In this document: positions 1 to 13,553 of the stretch, one piece after another
Layout of the letters: every line of letters starts with the position of its first letter
Numbering within the stretch: position 1 is the stretch's first letter
Notes under the pieces: model-generated
What the model saw: only the letters and a program-made list of their open reading frames with translations
Told to the model about the DNA's origin: nothing
Database searches by the model: none
Assembly (NCBI GenBank): GCA_030295235.1
Contig: AP026155.1
Coordinates: forward strand, 248,001-312,000
Origin: Fistulifera solaris
Taxonomy: Eukaryota
Reading direction: 5' to 3'
DNA length: 64,000 nt
Translations under genes and position numbers: made by a program

Positions 1-9
1 ACTAACACC

Positions 10-297
10 ATGACTACCGACAGTAACCAATCCGATCCGCCCAAACGCAGCGTCGAAGACGACGACGTTACATTATCTCCGACGGCCAAGAAGAACAAAC
101 GAGATTGGCTCTCTTTTACGGGGCGTCGTCGGTACGTTGCGTTCGTTTTTTCGTTATCTTCGTAGAATACTTTGTCACTCACTGCACACTTTCTTCTTAG
201 GACGCGAATCGGCGATGACTTTCAAGCCATCAATCTCCCCGAACCCATCACGAAACCCATTGTGGAAGACTCTCCGCCGCGCGACTCGAGTTCATGA
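10..297 (+). CDS. Small two-exon protein with ELM2-like motif (RIGDDFQAINLPE); may be 5'-incomplete
   Basis: ATG at 10, GT-AG intron 132..200 joins frames to give ...GRRRTRIGDDFQAINLPEP..., TGA at 295-297. Confidence 0.5.
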
Positions 298-479
298 AAG
301 CAATAGCACCGAAATCTCCATGTATGCAAACACTCCTTCTCTAAACCACCTTTGATAAAGCAATTTACATAGATTACCTTTTTATAAGTTTATCTGCAGC
401 TATCGTGTTTTATACTACGTATCTTCACACGATTAAAGCATCCTCGTCATCGTTTGTCACTCACATTCATCTACTGCAT

Positions 480-1508
480 TTACTCCACTTCTTCCTCTTC
501 TACTCCATGATCCGGCTCATCTTGTTCCAACTCCAGCAACATACTAGGATCTGGATCTTGACCCAAGATTTGGGAGCAGAAATACAGAATTTGCTTGCGT
601 CCGATTTCCATGGCGGCACGGGGACCCAAGCAATACATCGTCAAGTCCGGATCCTTTTCCTTAATGCACAACAAATAGTCTTGGTGCACGAACTTGATCA
701 GAGCCGCATCGACATTAGGGTGCGAATTGGAACGTGCCGGCGACGATCCTTCCCCCCGCCACGGTTCGTTCGGAATATTTTCATCTAAGCGATGCAACAA
801 CTCGTACAAACGATCATCACGGAGCCATCGTGAACCTGCGACACGCGCGCGTGTGAGAATCCAAATGGCACAAAGTTTCTGTCACGCCAAGCACGTACCA
901 TCCGTTTTGGGTTCGCCCTCGCAGTAACAAAGGGCGAGAATGACCATCAGTAGACCCTTCTCAATCGCGCAGTCTTCATGGACGGAATGCAGGGCCTTGC
1001 TATGCTCGCCAGTTTCGTCTTCTTTCAAGCAGTTCACCAGATAGTAACGATCTTTCTTGGATTGCGGCAAATCTTTCATATTTTCCATCCACACCGGAAT
1101 ACGCTTGAGTTCGAAATCAAACAAATTCTGCAAGCGCTTATTGGCTTCATCAAAAGCTGCCGAAGTGATTCGTGGCGGTAAACCAGCATCCTTGGCGCAT
1201 TTAAGACGATCCAGGGACTCCCCAGCGAGTCCTTTGAACAACAACAAGCGCGTCAAGTCCGATAAGGCCTTTTCTCGCTGAGTTTCATCGAGACGATTTA
1301 GATTCTCGCGTTCTTTTGCTTTGACGGAATGAATCTCCTGGGTATTGAGAATCGTGTCGTCTGGAATGCGTTGTGAGAAGTCCAAGGCTTGAAAAGACTG
1401 CGTCGGTTCGACTTCATCATCGTCGTCGTCGTCGTCAAAGTCTTTCCTTGACGCTTGCGAGGCAAAAGACGTTCTCTGTGATTGTGAGCGTCGTTGTGAC
1501 GGTGGCAT
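480..1508 (-). CDS. NSE3: MAGE/NSE3-like subunit of the SMC5/6 complex
   Basis: Two ORFs joined by intron 836..898; MAGE-like motifs (EANKRLQNLFDFEL, YYLVN, KGLLMVILAL, FVHQDYL, GPRAAMEIG). Confidence 0.8.
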
Positions 1509-2047
1509 GTTGTGAATTTAATTCAATGATAAAAGAACAAGTTGGTTACAAAATGACGCGAATGCGCTTGACGATATTGGCTAAAGAATGATGCGCATTG
1601 ACGCAATGCTGTTGCAAGGGACGAGATGGAAGCAATTCTTGAGGAGCCATTTGCTACCCGGCCGGCTCGCTTCCAAACGCACGCCAAGTCGTCGAAGCGC
1701 CACATTCAAACCGAGTACCGGTACCTACCGGTACAACCTTACGTGGTATTGTCAAAAGTATACATTCTTGATTCTTGATATGGAATATGGAATGTTGACT
1801 GTTGGAAGTTTGGATCCTCATGAATGTTGAAAATTGAAATTCTTCGTTTCAAAACCAAGATTCCATTATCAGAACGTGATACGTGTCCCAGCGTCAACGC
1901 GAGGAAACCACTCGCATTCGTCGCCCACGTCAATTTTTTCGGTTTTCTCATGCAACCCACCACCGTCGCCATCATCTCTTCCTTCATGCCTTCAAGCTGA
2001 ATAAGTCTTGAAAGCGCCAAAGTCATTACACAACAAACAATAACAAC

Positions 2048-4408
2048 ATGTCCCGAAGAATACATTCACTGAGCTTCCTACTGCTGTATTTTTGTGGGAA
2101 CGGCATCGGCGTGGCTCCCTCCCAGTGCCCCTCGGTTGAGTCATCATCGTCGTTTCTCAACGACATCGAGTGGGGAAGCGTCGACCACCACAAGTACTGG
2201 ATTGACGTATGATGCCAAAAAGATTCGCAATTTCAGTATCATTGCGCATATTGATCATGGTAGGACGTATGATTGCTCTGATGGAAAGAAATATGCCAAA
2301 CTAACACTTTCTTAATGATTTTTCGTCCGTAGGCAAATCAACTCTCGCGGATCGATTACTCGAATCCACAAAAACCGTTTCCGAACGTGATATGACGAAT
2401 CAATTACTTGACAATATGGATTTGGTAAGTGAATCGTTGTCGGTAATTTAGGATCGAATGTTGGAACTCACGGATGGAAGGATGGATGGATTATTAGGAA
2501 CGCGAGCGTGGTATCACCATTAAGCTACAGGCCGCAAGAGTACTCTACACAGCGAAAGATGGGGAGACTTAGTAAGTGGTGAAGAACTTGAAATTCGTCT
2601 TGTTTGTTGGATCACAACTGACTTGTATTGTGCGTCCGGGTAGCTGCCTCAACCTAATTGATACTCCAGGTAAGAAAGAAAGAAAGAATCGGCACCCATT
2701 CACGACCGTTTGGCGCTCGTACTCATATCCATTTTGACAGGGCACGTGGATTTTAGCTATGAAGTTTCTCGATCTTTGGCAGCTTGTGAAGGAGCTCTTC
2801 TTGTGGTGGATGCTTCGCAGGGTATCGAGGCACAAACACTGGCCAATGTTTATCTGGCGTTAGAAAATGATTTGGAAGTGATCCCTGTTCTCAACAAAAT
2901 TGATTTACCCGCTGCGGAACCGGAACGGGTTGCCTTGGAAATCGAAGAAACCATCGGGCTTGATTGTTCCGATATCGTTCACGCTTCGGCCAAAGCAGGT
3001 ATCGGTATTGAAGATATTCTCGAAAGTATTGTGCAGAAAGTACCGCCGCCTCCCGCCGCCACAGGAGGACCCTTCCGTGCACTTATTTTCGACTCGTATT
3101 ATGACGCTTACCGTGGAGTGATTGTATTCTTTCGTGTCGTAGATGGCGAAATTAACTCGGGTGATAAGGTTCGCTTTCTCGCGAGCGCGGCGGAACATGA
3201 TGTGTCGGAGATAGGCATCATGCAACCCAATCAAGTTCCTACACAGGCCCTGCGTGCTGGAGAAGTCGGATATTTGTGGGGTAATATCAAGGATGTCTTG
3301 GATGCTCGTGTTGGTGATACTATTGTACTGTCCAAGGAATACAAGCTGCGCAAAGCCGATGTGAAAAATGACGAAGAACCCATTGAACCTTTACCAGGGT
3401 ATGCCGATAGTGTCCCCATGGTGTACTGTGGACTGTTTCCTGTAGATGCTGATGACTATGAGTCTTTGCGTGTTGCTTTAGGAAAGCTTCGTTTGAACGA
3501 TGCAGCACTTTCGTATGAACCGGAAACGTCGGGCGCTATGGGCTTTGGATTCCGCTGTGGATTTTTAGGTCTTCTTCATATGGATGTCATTCAAGAGCGC
3601 TTACAGCGAGAATATGATATTGATCTAATCGTCACAGCGCCGTCGGTTGTTTATAAAGTCCAAAAAAACGAAGGTAAAGAGGAAGTTATCATTGACGCTC
3701 CCTCCAAAATGCCCGACCTTGGACGGAACGATGTTGCACTAGAGCCCTATGTGAAAATGGATATCTTAACACCAAGCGAATACAACGGCGCTATCATTGA
3801 ATTAGGTCAAGAGCGCCGCGGTGTCTTGATCGATATCAAGTACCTCACTCCTACACGATCCACCATTACGTACGAAATACCACTTGGAGAAGTCATCACG
3901 GACTTCTTTGATCAGCTAAAATCACGCACACAGGGATATGCGTCGATGGAGTACTCGATAATTGACTATCGAGAAAGTGATTTGGTCCGTCTTGATGTGA
4001 AAATCAACTATGAAAATGCACCAGCTTTGGCCTGCATCGTTCATCGTGATAAGGCCCAGCAAGTGGGCCGTAGATTATGCGCTTCACTAAAAGAGCTTAT
4101 TCCGCGACAAATGTTCAAGATTCCGATTCAAGCCTGCATCGGGGTCAAGATTGTCGCATCCGAGCATATCAATCCAATGCGTAAGGATGTTTTGGCGAAA
4201 TGCTATGGTGGTGGTAAGTCAAAGTATGTGTAACGAAACTATTTAAGGTGGTCTCGCTGAACTCACAAATTGTTTCAATACTAAGACATAACACGAAAGA
4301 AAAAAGCTCTTGCAGAAGCAAGCTAAGGGTAAGAAAAGGATGAAGTCGATCGGAAAGGTCAACGTCCCGCAAGAGGCCTTCATGGCGGTCTTAAAGCTTA
4401 ACGACTAA
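2048..4408 (+). CDS. lepA: Translation elongation factor 4 (LepA/GUF1), plastid-targeted
   Basis: [53 protein letters not shown]; five introns (approx. 2260-2332, 2425-2497, 2571-2643, 2670-2740, 4214-4285); signal peptide ending TASA-W, with one extra T near 2090. Confidence 0.95.
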
Positions 4409-4469
4409 ATACTTTTTAATGGTGTTGTTTTACTAAACTGGATTTGGATCACGTTTTTGAGAATTTATG

Positions 4470-7030
4470 TCATCTCCTTGTTTGTCGGTGTCTGACTTGA
4501 AACAGGACCCACAAAAGCACCGTCAAAGCAAAGATCATGGCTGTTTCCAATGTAAAAATGTGATCAACGATAACATCGCGGCGAGTCCTTGTCGACTTCG
4601 TCATTTTCGACCCATCATCAAGTTCAGGGTGATTCCATTGGCGAAATTCTTTGTACCAATCACTAAAGCCGTCTTTTTCCTGGTTATTGAACCAATCCTC
4701 CCAAGCCATCCAATATTTTACCAGCTGTTCGTGAACACTCAAGGCAAACAAAGCTACTTGCGCTGGTAATTCGGCCTCATTAGTCCCTGTCGAAATTGCC
4801 AAGTCGTAATGCCGCTTCGCGAGAGGAAAATCTTGTTTCAAACCAAAGCCCCATTCGTATAAAAATCCCAAATTAAAATGCGCCCTTGGACTAGCATTGC
4901 GTTCGGCTGCGAGACGATAGTAATGGGCGGCCGACAATAAGTCCTTCTTCAGCAAATCGTCTAACTCCTTGTCCTTCCGGTTGGCGTCAGTTGAATCGCA
5001 GGTTGCTGCATCTGGTGGTACTACATCACTGCCACTTCGAATTGCAATATTGTTCTTCGTGTCCTCATAAGTGATGAGTTCAAGATCGTGCAAGAGTCTT
5101 GAAAAATACTTTCGGATTGTATCGAACAAAGTAGATATCACTTTTTCGGGGAAGAATACAAAACGTACCCACGCGAAAGGATAGCTGTTTGAATTCTTCC
5201 GTAATCGGCCATAGTAAAAGAAGTCGCCAACCCGTAGACTGGCTTCACTGTATCCTTTTGCAGCGGCAGCTTTCCACAGCCTAATTGCAGCCTTGGAGCA
5301 TGCTATTGTATCTAAACCCAGACACTCACCGCGTTCCATCAAAAACGCAGCATTCAGTAAGCCCAGATCAGACCCAGTCTCCGCAGCAATGAGGTAGTTC
5401 TGCAAGCTCTTCCTGGTTTCACCAGATACGTATTGTTTGTACGCTCGACGCAATCTCTCTGCACGCTGTGGTGATGCGTTATCAATAAACGAGATGTAAT
5501 GTTTTTGTGCTCTCTCACAGTCCATAGGCACCGCCTGTATCATTTGGCTGCCACTACCATTGGGTATTTTAATACCAGTTTCATACATCATGGCCAGGCG
5601 ATGCTTTGCCATGATATTGCCTTTTCCAGCCGCAGCAGTTAACTCAGTCAGGGCAACCTGATAATCAACCATTGAAGGGTAGTGGGAACTTTCGTGAGCC
5701 AAAGGAAATTTGTCTAACATCGTTTGCCCATGTCCTGACAATTCATCTAGCGACTGATAGTGAGTGTGCCAACCCAGTTTCATCACACCTAAATAATACG
5801 ATGCATCGGCATCTCCTTGGTCCTTTCCGAGTTTCAAATATGACGAAGCTATTTCAACGTCTCTTTGCGCTAGCATTGGCACACCAATAAATACAGCAAG
5901 CCCATCCCTGTCAGGCAGACACTATCGCAAAGTGAAATTTCTTCATCATCTTGGCCCTGTTTTAACTTCCTCTTCAATCGCTTTTGACACCCATCAAATC
6001 CTCCAGGAGTACCGACACGGAACATCTTATGCGCAGCAACAACGTCTTGCTTCGTTCCAATACCCCAAAGATACATCATTCCCGCTCTTCCAGCGGCTTC
6101 CCAATGATTCGCATTCCCGGCCATTTCGTAATACTGCAGCGCCAGCGTCAGATTCTGCGGTGCACCCCGTAGTCCTAGATGATAGTAACGCGCCAACGTA
6201 TAGGCGGCACGCGCCGCATCGGCACCACCCCCAAATTGAGTCGCTTTCACCGCATAATATTGCAAGGCATCGGCACGCTCGTCGGGCCGATTGTCGATAT
6301 CCAGTCGAGAGCCTGTCCCACCGTGCAGGTGTACTTGATAGAGAACATGCTTATCTTTCGCGGGTACGACACGACCTCGACTTTCTGATGAAGTTAATAG
6401 CTGGTCCATGATTCCGTGAGCTGCCGCCGCAAGGTACGGAAGTCGTGTGGTACATTGGTCTTCGAGCCGATTCGCCATCGCTAGGGCCGACTCGACATTG
6501 CCTCCGATGGCGGATATCTGCCAAAGAATCTGTGCTTGATGGCTCTCGGGACCATCCAAATCCCAATCCTCTTTTACAGATAGGGTTTTGTCATCGGATG
6601 GCCACAACCAAAACCCAGCCGCTAAACTCATCGCCTCTAAGAATTGTGCCATGGGATGTCCAAACGATGCCGCTTTGCGCAGCAAATACACCGCCACCGT
6701 TCCGTTGACTTCGGACGAATAGAACAAACTGTCGTCATCATCGTGTTCCCAATCGAGATAGGGCAACAGTTGATTCCAGTAAGCTGCCGCTTGTACGGCC
6801 CGTGCCGCACCCGCATCGTAGAGTGGCTGCTCGAACGACTCGGCCGGGCGAGAGGAGCGGATGGTATTGATTTTGTCGCGCGGGAGTCTCGAAAGCTTGG
6901 CCTTTTTCATATCCGCAACGTAAGTGTTTAACGTGTACAGAGTCACTTGCAGAAAGAGAGACAAGCCTCCCAGGCATCCTACGCAAAATAGTTTGCAAAA
7001 GGAACGCGACAAGTCGTCATGCTGGTTCAC
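4470..7030 (-). CDS. SEL1-repeat ERAD protein (SEL1L/Hrd3-like) with C-terminal TM helix
   Basis: Many Sel1 repeats; FNLGFLYEWGFGLKQDFPLAKRHYDLA; C-terminal hydrophobic helix; two ORFs joined by a 1-nt indel near 5884. Confidence 0.85.
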
Positions 7031-8492
7031 AACCGCGATTTGAAAATTAACAGATGAAATTTTACTTTGTTCGCGCAGCCAAAAGCTCTATAACCTTGTG
7101 CAGATGGGGTCTATGCTTATTTATTAGCAGCAACAGGACTACAGGCGGGGGAAGCTCAAAGACATTACATACATGCTCTTCTGACTTTTCCGGAATCATC
7201 ACCATGGTCAATATAATATTGCGCCTTGCGCATGACTTGGGTCTGAAACAGCGTTTGAGAAGCTTCACAATCACTTTTGAAGTACATTCCAGTGCCAGTG
7301 CGCCAGTTACATTCCGTCGTCCCCGCTCTATTACTAGAGAGTGCCCGCCCTCCTTGCGCATGGCTCGAATCTTTTGAACTCTGGCCGCATTCTGCGGCGA
7401 CTCCCCATTTTCGACAACCGTCAGCATCGACAAAGAGATTTACTATCGACGATGCAATGGGAGTATTATTTGTACAAACGAATGGCGGTCGCGACGACTC
7501 GTACGTGCAACATGAACTGTTTGAGCCAAACTGGAATTAAGGCTCCGTTTGCTCTGCTCTAGCTTGGTCAGCCATTACTAATTCATCAAACACATCTACT
7601 AGTAACAGCATTAGCAATACACGCCTCGATTGTTTACGTTGGGAATCCGTGGAAAATCGTGGTCGTTTGTATTTAATACGGAACCTAAACACGACTGCAT
7701 TCCAGTCATGAATGAAGCAGGATCGTTCGGAGCCTAGCTGCTATTCACTTCGTTCTGTTCGCAAAGATGATGGCTGACTCCAAAACTGACATTAAAATAT
7801 TCCCTTTGTCGATCAGGCATCCGCCACATTTGTTGTTCATCGAAAGTAATGGTAACGACTGCACCATGAAGCAGGAAGCATAGACGTTACATGACGATCG
7901 AGACGTCAACTTGAGGTCTATAATTCCTAGATCCTTTCAGATTGTCATGGTACCAGCTATGATTGGACATAGATATCGATTGTACCTGCATGTGTGGTTG
8001 CTGGTTGCGGCCTGATGTCGGTCTTCCACTTGAAGCTTCCAAAATCAAGTCGTGGCCGTTCGAAATGAGAAGGGTGGGCAATGGCAAGGATTTCTGTTAT
8101 AGAACCGAAAAGCGCCCATTGTATTTCTAATATCCTCGTCATTCTTCTGCTGGATATTCAGTGCCGCTTGCCGTAGGACCAGTTGTCAGTTGTTAGTTGT
8201 CAACTGGCGAACTGGGGAAACTCTTTGAGTTCTTTAAACTTCTCTGTGGCCAAAAGAGTACTACGTTTTCTTACGATGGACGAGGACCAATAATTAGAAG
8301 CATCACGAAAGTTCAGAGACGAACCCTAACGACTAACGAATAAAAAAGCCCACAACTTCAAGCTGAAAGGTCCACGTCTATCACCATCACACACGCTCTC
8401 TTTTCCCTGCACATGTAAAACGTGGTTGCCAGTGTCTTGTTTGTTTTCATTTTTATTTTTGTTACAAGCCAATGAATGCATGACAAACAATC

Positions 8493-9008
8493 ATGAACAA
8501 ACCAACGCCCATCATTCGCACCCGAGTCCCCGCAGACTTACAGCAAGTCTTCATCAAAGCCAACCGAGGCGAAGTAGTGGATGTACCGCCGAAATCCTTG
8601 TGTCGGCATTGGGCCCAAGACCGCGCTCACAAAGAATCCATGAAAATAAAGAAATCGACTTCCTTCCACGACCTTATGGAAATAGAGTATGAATCACATC
8701 GGAGTCCTCTTTCCACTGTACTCGTTCCATCTCGCTTATCACTGTTTAACGAATGCGGAGATCACTACTCCGATGTTTCGTCACACTGCTCGACGGACGA
8801 CTCCACAACGTACGAACATTTGGAGCTGTTACAAAGGCAGCCAGCCTTTTTTTTCTCGCTGGGACGCAGAATATTCTCCCAAGAAACGAGATCAGAAGCT
8901 TCGTCCTTTTCGTCGACAAGGGTCTTTTCGATGGGAAATCAAGACCGGAGAGAGGGAAAGCGGAACTCCGAAAATGCCGAGCCGGCATTGATCTTGATAG
9001 CATTCTAA
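8493..9008 (+). CDS. Hypothetical protein
   Basis: 171-aa ATG-initiated ORF after an AC-rich leader; no recognised domain. Confidence 0.45.
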   Translation: MNKPTPIIRTRVPADLQQVFIKANRGEVVDVPPKSLCRHWAQDRAHKESMKIKKSTSFHDLMEIEYESHRSPLSTVLVPSRLSLFNECGDHYSDVSSHCSTDDSTTYEHLELLQRQPAFFFSLGRRIFSQETRSEASSFSSTRVFSMGNQDRREGKRNSENAEPALILIAF

Positions 9009-9548
9009 GCGATTCATTTTCATGCATAGAACAGCGAGATGCAGGCATACAGCTATTGCCTACAGGGATGCACACGCCCTTTCCCCAGAAGTATACTTTG
9101 ACTTCTTTACATAACCTCAACTGGTCTGGAAGTTCGTCGACGCACGACGCACATAATGACGAAAGTGGCTACCAATGCGCTATACCAGCAGATAATTTAA
9201 CATAATCTTAACTTTTAACAAACAAACATTTCATGCAAAGAGAAAAAATCCCTTGTTTTCTTCCATAGCTTACCATTAGTTGAACCGATCGACTTTGTGA
9301 GCTCGGTGCGGCGTTATCATTTCTCCGCAATGGGCCTCGTATTGCCCCTTGGTGTCAAGTGCCCAGCCCTTCCATAATCTCGAGAACTTCATAATCCGCA
9401 ACAAATCGGCCATCAGTTGCCCCCTCCGGAAGCTAATAAATTGAATATTCTCCGTATAATGATTGATGAAGGCGGAGAAGTCGGTCAAGTAGCTTGACAC
9501 CATGGAAAAACTATAGCCTATAGCTAGAGGATATCGTCATCACACTTG

Positions 9549-10668
9549 TTAATCCTGTTGTTTACAAATTGCATATTGTTTGAATCGATTCACGGCATAT
9601 TCCATGTAATCAAATGATTCACATCCTTCCGTGTAGGCTTGATTAACCGCCCAAAGTCCCCAATACAAGTGATTCGCTAATAAGAAGCCGTGCAGTTCTT
9701 GGAGCATAAGCTCCACCGCTTGTTCCGTCGGCGTCTCATTCTTGTAGATGGTCAAATAAGTCCGCACAAATTCTTCTCGTTGCGTTGTACTCGGCAACCA
9801 CTCGTAATTGGGAAAGGGGTCGTGGGGCGGACCACCCGCGTATTCATTGAAGTGATTGGCGATATCAAATGTCAAATAATTGATACCACCGTATTCAAAA
9901 TCAATCAATTGAATGGATCCATCTTGTTCGTGCAATAATATATTGGCGGCCAATAAATCATTGTGACAGAAGACCACCGGTGCATTTGGCGGAATTTGCG
10001 TTTCTCGGAGCCACTGAAGTTCCTGATGCATTGTTTCGAGGGACAACGACTTTGCCTTGTCACAATCCCGCCGTGTTGGAAATTTTCCCAATGCCTGCAA
10101 AGCTTGTTCCAACCATTCTTCCAATTGTGTCCATAAACTCGGTTTCTGTAGGGGATGATATTCTTGCAGATGCATTGGGACGGCAAAATTCCGATGCATG
10201 TTAGCGAGTGCTTTGGCAATTTTCAAATGGTGTTGTCCCATTTCACGGACTTGCAAGGGTCGCGTATATTCCAAGAATTGTTCGACACGACCGTTGGCAA
10301 AACGTCCCCAATATTGAGGAGCAATTTGTTGATGAGAAAGAGCCGCAAAGGTCGCATTTTCAATATCCCGATCAATCATTCCTTCGGCGCCAAAGACGCG
10401 CAATAATACTTTGTGTTGTGGCGAATAGGTGACTAAAAACAGTAAATTGGTGATTCCTCCCGAGAGTCGTTCCACCACAGGTTTTTTCTTCTTGTACATC
10501 CGCGAATGCAGTTACATTGCATTCGTGTTGTACAATGGCGGTAGCTGCTTGTAACACCGTCGCAAGATCGTTGTCATCGACGGACAAGAAAGGAAAGTAC
10601 GGTCGTTCATCAATCACTACAACGGTACTCTTCTTTTGTCGGGCGTCTTTGTAAGCTTGTGGTGACAT
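9549..10668 (-). CDS. Ethanolamine/choline kinase
   Basis: LSGGITNLL, VLLRVFG, Brenner motif CHNDLLAANIL, LIDFEYG, DIANHFNE, HLYWGLW; 1-nt indel in the T-run at about 10485. Confidence 0.92.
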
Positions 10669-11160
10669 TGTGTGATTTTAGGAAGAATCTCGAATGCAAC
10701 AAGTAGAGAGATTGTACTTGTATAGTCAAAGGACAGGCAAAGGTTTATTTATCAAACGATAATCATCGGCACTTTTTGTCTCATCCGTGGGGTCGACGGA
10801 CGGTCGACAGTTTCTGCCCGCCCATCCAGGACTGGATTTAAGTTCGTCAAAGTCGTCATTCTTCCGGCCCACACTTTGTGACTGACTCCTTACTCGAAAA
10901 CCTTAACCCTGACGTACATGACTCATATGAACACGTACTCCGATCCATTTTCCGCCTCTTTTTTTTTTTCTCTTCTCATCAAACAACCAGAATCCTTTCC
11001 GCACATGGAGTGCAATGTAATGTACCAGGTACTACGCATTGATTGAACCCTTTTGATCCTCCAACGTCTATCCTACTTTCAAGTCTCTTTATATAGTGTG
11101 TACGCAGATTAAGTGAAAAGCGAGAACGTCGCTTCCTTGACAATACCAGTACGAAACAAC

Positions 11161-12295
11161 ATGACAAACGCTCGTCGGCTCAGCTTTTGCATCGGGTGTC
11201 TTTACACGAGAGCCGTCGTTGCATTTTTCTCCCATCAATTACAATTACGACAAACACTTTCTCTCTACGCCAGCAAACTTCCCAAAGGTATTTCGCCCTT
11301 TGAAAAATCCGTCGCCAAAGGACTCGACATTCAAGGAGAATTCCGTAAAATTGCCGCCAAAGCCATCCTCCAAGCCATACGGGACGGCCAAACCCAACTC
11401 GAAATTGATTTTCCACCGCTCATTGGTGGCGGTTCCTCAAAAACAGCCTTTGATGATTTTGATAACATTCAAGAATTGAATGCCAACCGCGATTGGTGTG
11501 TCCCCTTGGCGCCCCAAATTGTGCTTCCCTCCAAACAACAATGGCTCATTTTGCCCGACGACAAGGAATGTGAATTGGCGCAAAGGAATGGGGCGGTGGA
11601 CAACTCTTTCGTCGTTCGGCCAAATTTACGTCGATTCGTGCGGCACTCGTGCAAGTTGCGGGAGAATCACAAGTCACGAAAGCGTGGGGATCAACGATTG
11701 CGGCGACGTTGAACAAACTGTCGGGTGGGGATGGGATTTTGGCCGATTCCAGTCTCTTGGATGATTTGTCAGACACTGTCGACTTAGAACGACTGTATTT
11801 GGTGTGTCAACCTGGTAATGGTGGACCCGTCGAAGATTGGATCAATGTCGAACAATTGCATCGCTCGTCTCCGCGCAATACCGTGACGTGTATTGTGAAT
11901 GGTGCTCTTGACAAAGTTCGGGATGGCTATTATCCAGCACTCTTTTTCCGGCACTGGCCAAGACGGTCCCATTCTATCAAGACTTTGAAGCCGTATTCTT
12001 CCTCAAACCCATTTCCGACAAGGGATTGTATGGATGGTACGTATACGGACGTTGTGTCTTTTTTGTTTGTATGTTTTTTGTTTGCGGGCCTTTGTCTCAC
12101 CACACATGTAGGTTGTATCGAGTCTATCCAGAACCATGGCAAGTCATCTTGCAAATACCGGAGCAACAACAAAAAGGCAGTCAAAGCGTGATATCCGTAC
12201 AAGAGTTGGTGGCGTTGACATCGACGAAACGACCAAGTTACTCCGATGCCGTCCAAGCTATGGTGGCTACGTCCAAGAACATACTGAACAAGTAA
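11161..12295 (+). CDS. DUF1995-like plastid-targeted protein
   Basis: LEIDFPP, NGALDKVRDGYYP, GWLYRVYPEPWQV, RPSY motifs; intron 12037..12111; indels at about 11583 and 11945; presequence VVA-F. Confidence 0.75.
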
Positions 12296-12466
12296 AAAGA
12301 AAGAAATTCTTTTTGTTTGTTGAAAATAGATAGAATACTACATCGCTCGCGTCTGGGTAATTTATTATTCGAATGTTTTCTCGCTCGACTACCCACGTCA
12401 TAACATTGACTATATGTCATCGTTTACGTAAAACATTTGACACTTCTTAGATAGCAAGCGACTCCA

Positions 12467-13078
12467 TTATTCGGACGTTTCTTCTACATTTCCCCGTGGT
12501 TGAATCATGGGAATCGTGACACACGAGTCTCTTCCTTGGGGCACTTTAATTTGATGATTTTCCAGATCTGTTTCCATGTTGTAGTGTTTCACGAACTCGG
12601 TACCTAATTTCAATTCAAAGGTTCCATCGTCCGCGTCATCGACCACTCGAATTGGTGTCACGAGATCTAAATGCATCGCGGTACCACCCAAATGAATTTG
12701 ACACGAACCGACGGGCAGCGTCCCTCGTAAAGCCGGATAATCATCTTTTACCAAGTGTTGCATTAGATATTCACTTTTCTGTACAGCGTTCCATTGCATT
12801 ACCGTATCGGCATTCTTCGGGTCCAAGCAAGTCGCTAAATTCAAAGACGAAGGTTTGTCGTTCTTGTCTTTCCAAACGATTCCGGCCGGAATCTGCAACG
12901 AGGAGAACTGTAATGATGATGATGATGATTCTTCATCGTCTCCTTCTTCCGGTGGAGTGTAAGCTTCCATTTGCAAACCGTCCGTCCAAGAATTAGGTTG
13001 TTGTTCTGTCATGGCGAAAGTAGTAGGATAAATGCAAATGAAAAGGAACGAAAGAAACGCCAGCAGCGATTGTTTCAT
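12467..13078 (-). CDS. Secreted protein with a degenerate retropepsin/DDI1-like domain
   Basis: Signal peptide; CLDPKNADTVM and LKLGTEFVKHYNMETDLENHQIKV resemble DDI1-type motifs. Confidence 0.55.
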   Translation of the reverse strand: MKQSLLAFLSFLFICIYPTTFAMTEQQPNSWTDGLQMEAYTPPEEGDDEESSSSSLQFSSLQIPAGIVWKDKNDKPSSLNLATCLDPKNADTVMQWNAVQKSEYLMQHLVKDDYPALRGTLPVGSCQIHLGGTAMHLDLVTPIRVVDDADDGTFELKLGTEFVKHYNMETDLENHQIKVPQGRDSCVTIPMIQPRGNVEETSE

Positions 13079-13295
13079 GTTTCAATTGTGTGCGCCTTTA
13101 TGTGATTGGTTGTTGTTTGCTGTTTTAGAAGAAATCATCGTACCAGTACCAGGTAACGCGCTGTCAATAAAAAAAGAAAAAAACAACAGACAATCATTCG
13201 TGTTTTGTGTCACGAATGGAAAGCGAACTCTGATGTCATCACTAGATCGTACCGGTATAGAAAGACTTCTGACGGATGGACAGGCAGGCACATGA

Positions 13296-13330
13296 CAGGC
13301 AGGCACGCACATACATACATACATACATAC
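13296..13330. repeat. (CATA)n microsatellite preceded by (CAGG) repeats
   Basis: caggcaggcacgcacatacatacatacatacatac. Confidence 0.8.
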
Positions 13331-13553
13331 CAGTTACAAGTACAGGACAACGAACGAAAAAGAAAGTCGAAACAAATTTTTCTCCACATCACCATGCTTG
13401 AGACAGATGACACACATCATTACAAAGAATCTTGCTTGCTTCATTACTAATAATAATCATAGACGACAAAGTCCTTCTTGTCTATTTGTCATATCGAGAG
13501 CTGTAGACGATGCTTAGAAAATATTGTTGCTATCGTTATTCAAGTTGCTAAAG

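Noticed and set aside
7062..8142. Short ORFs on both strands (e.g. 7062..7433, 7957..8142)
   Set aside because: No recognisable domain or convincing splice structure; possibly a degraded gene but unsupported.
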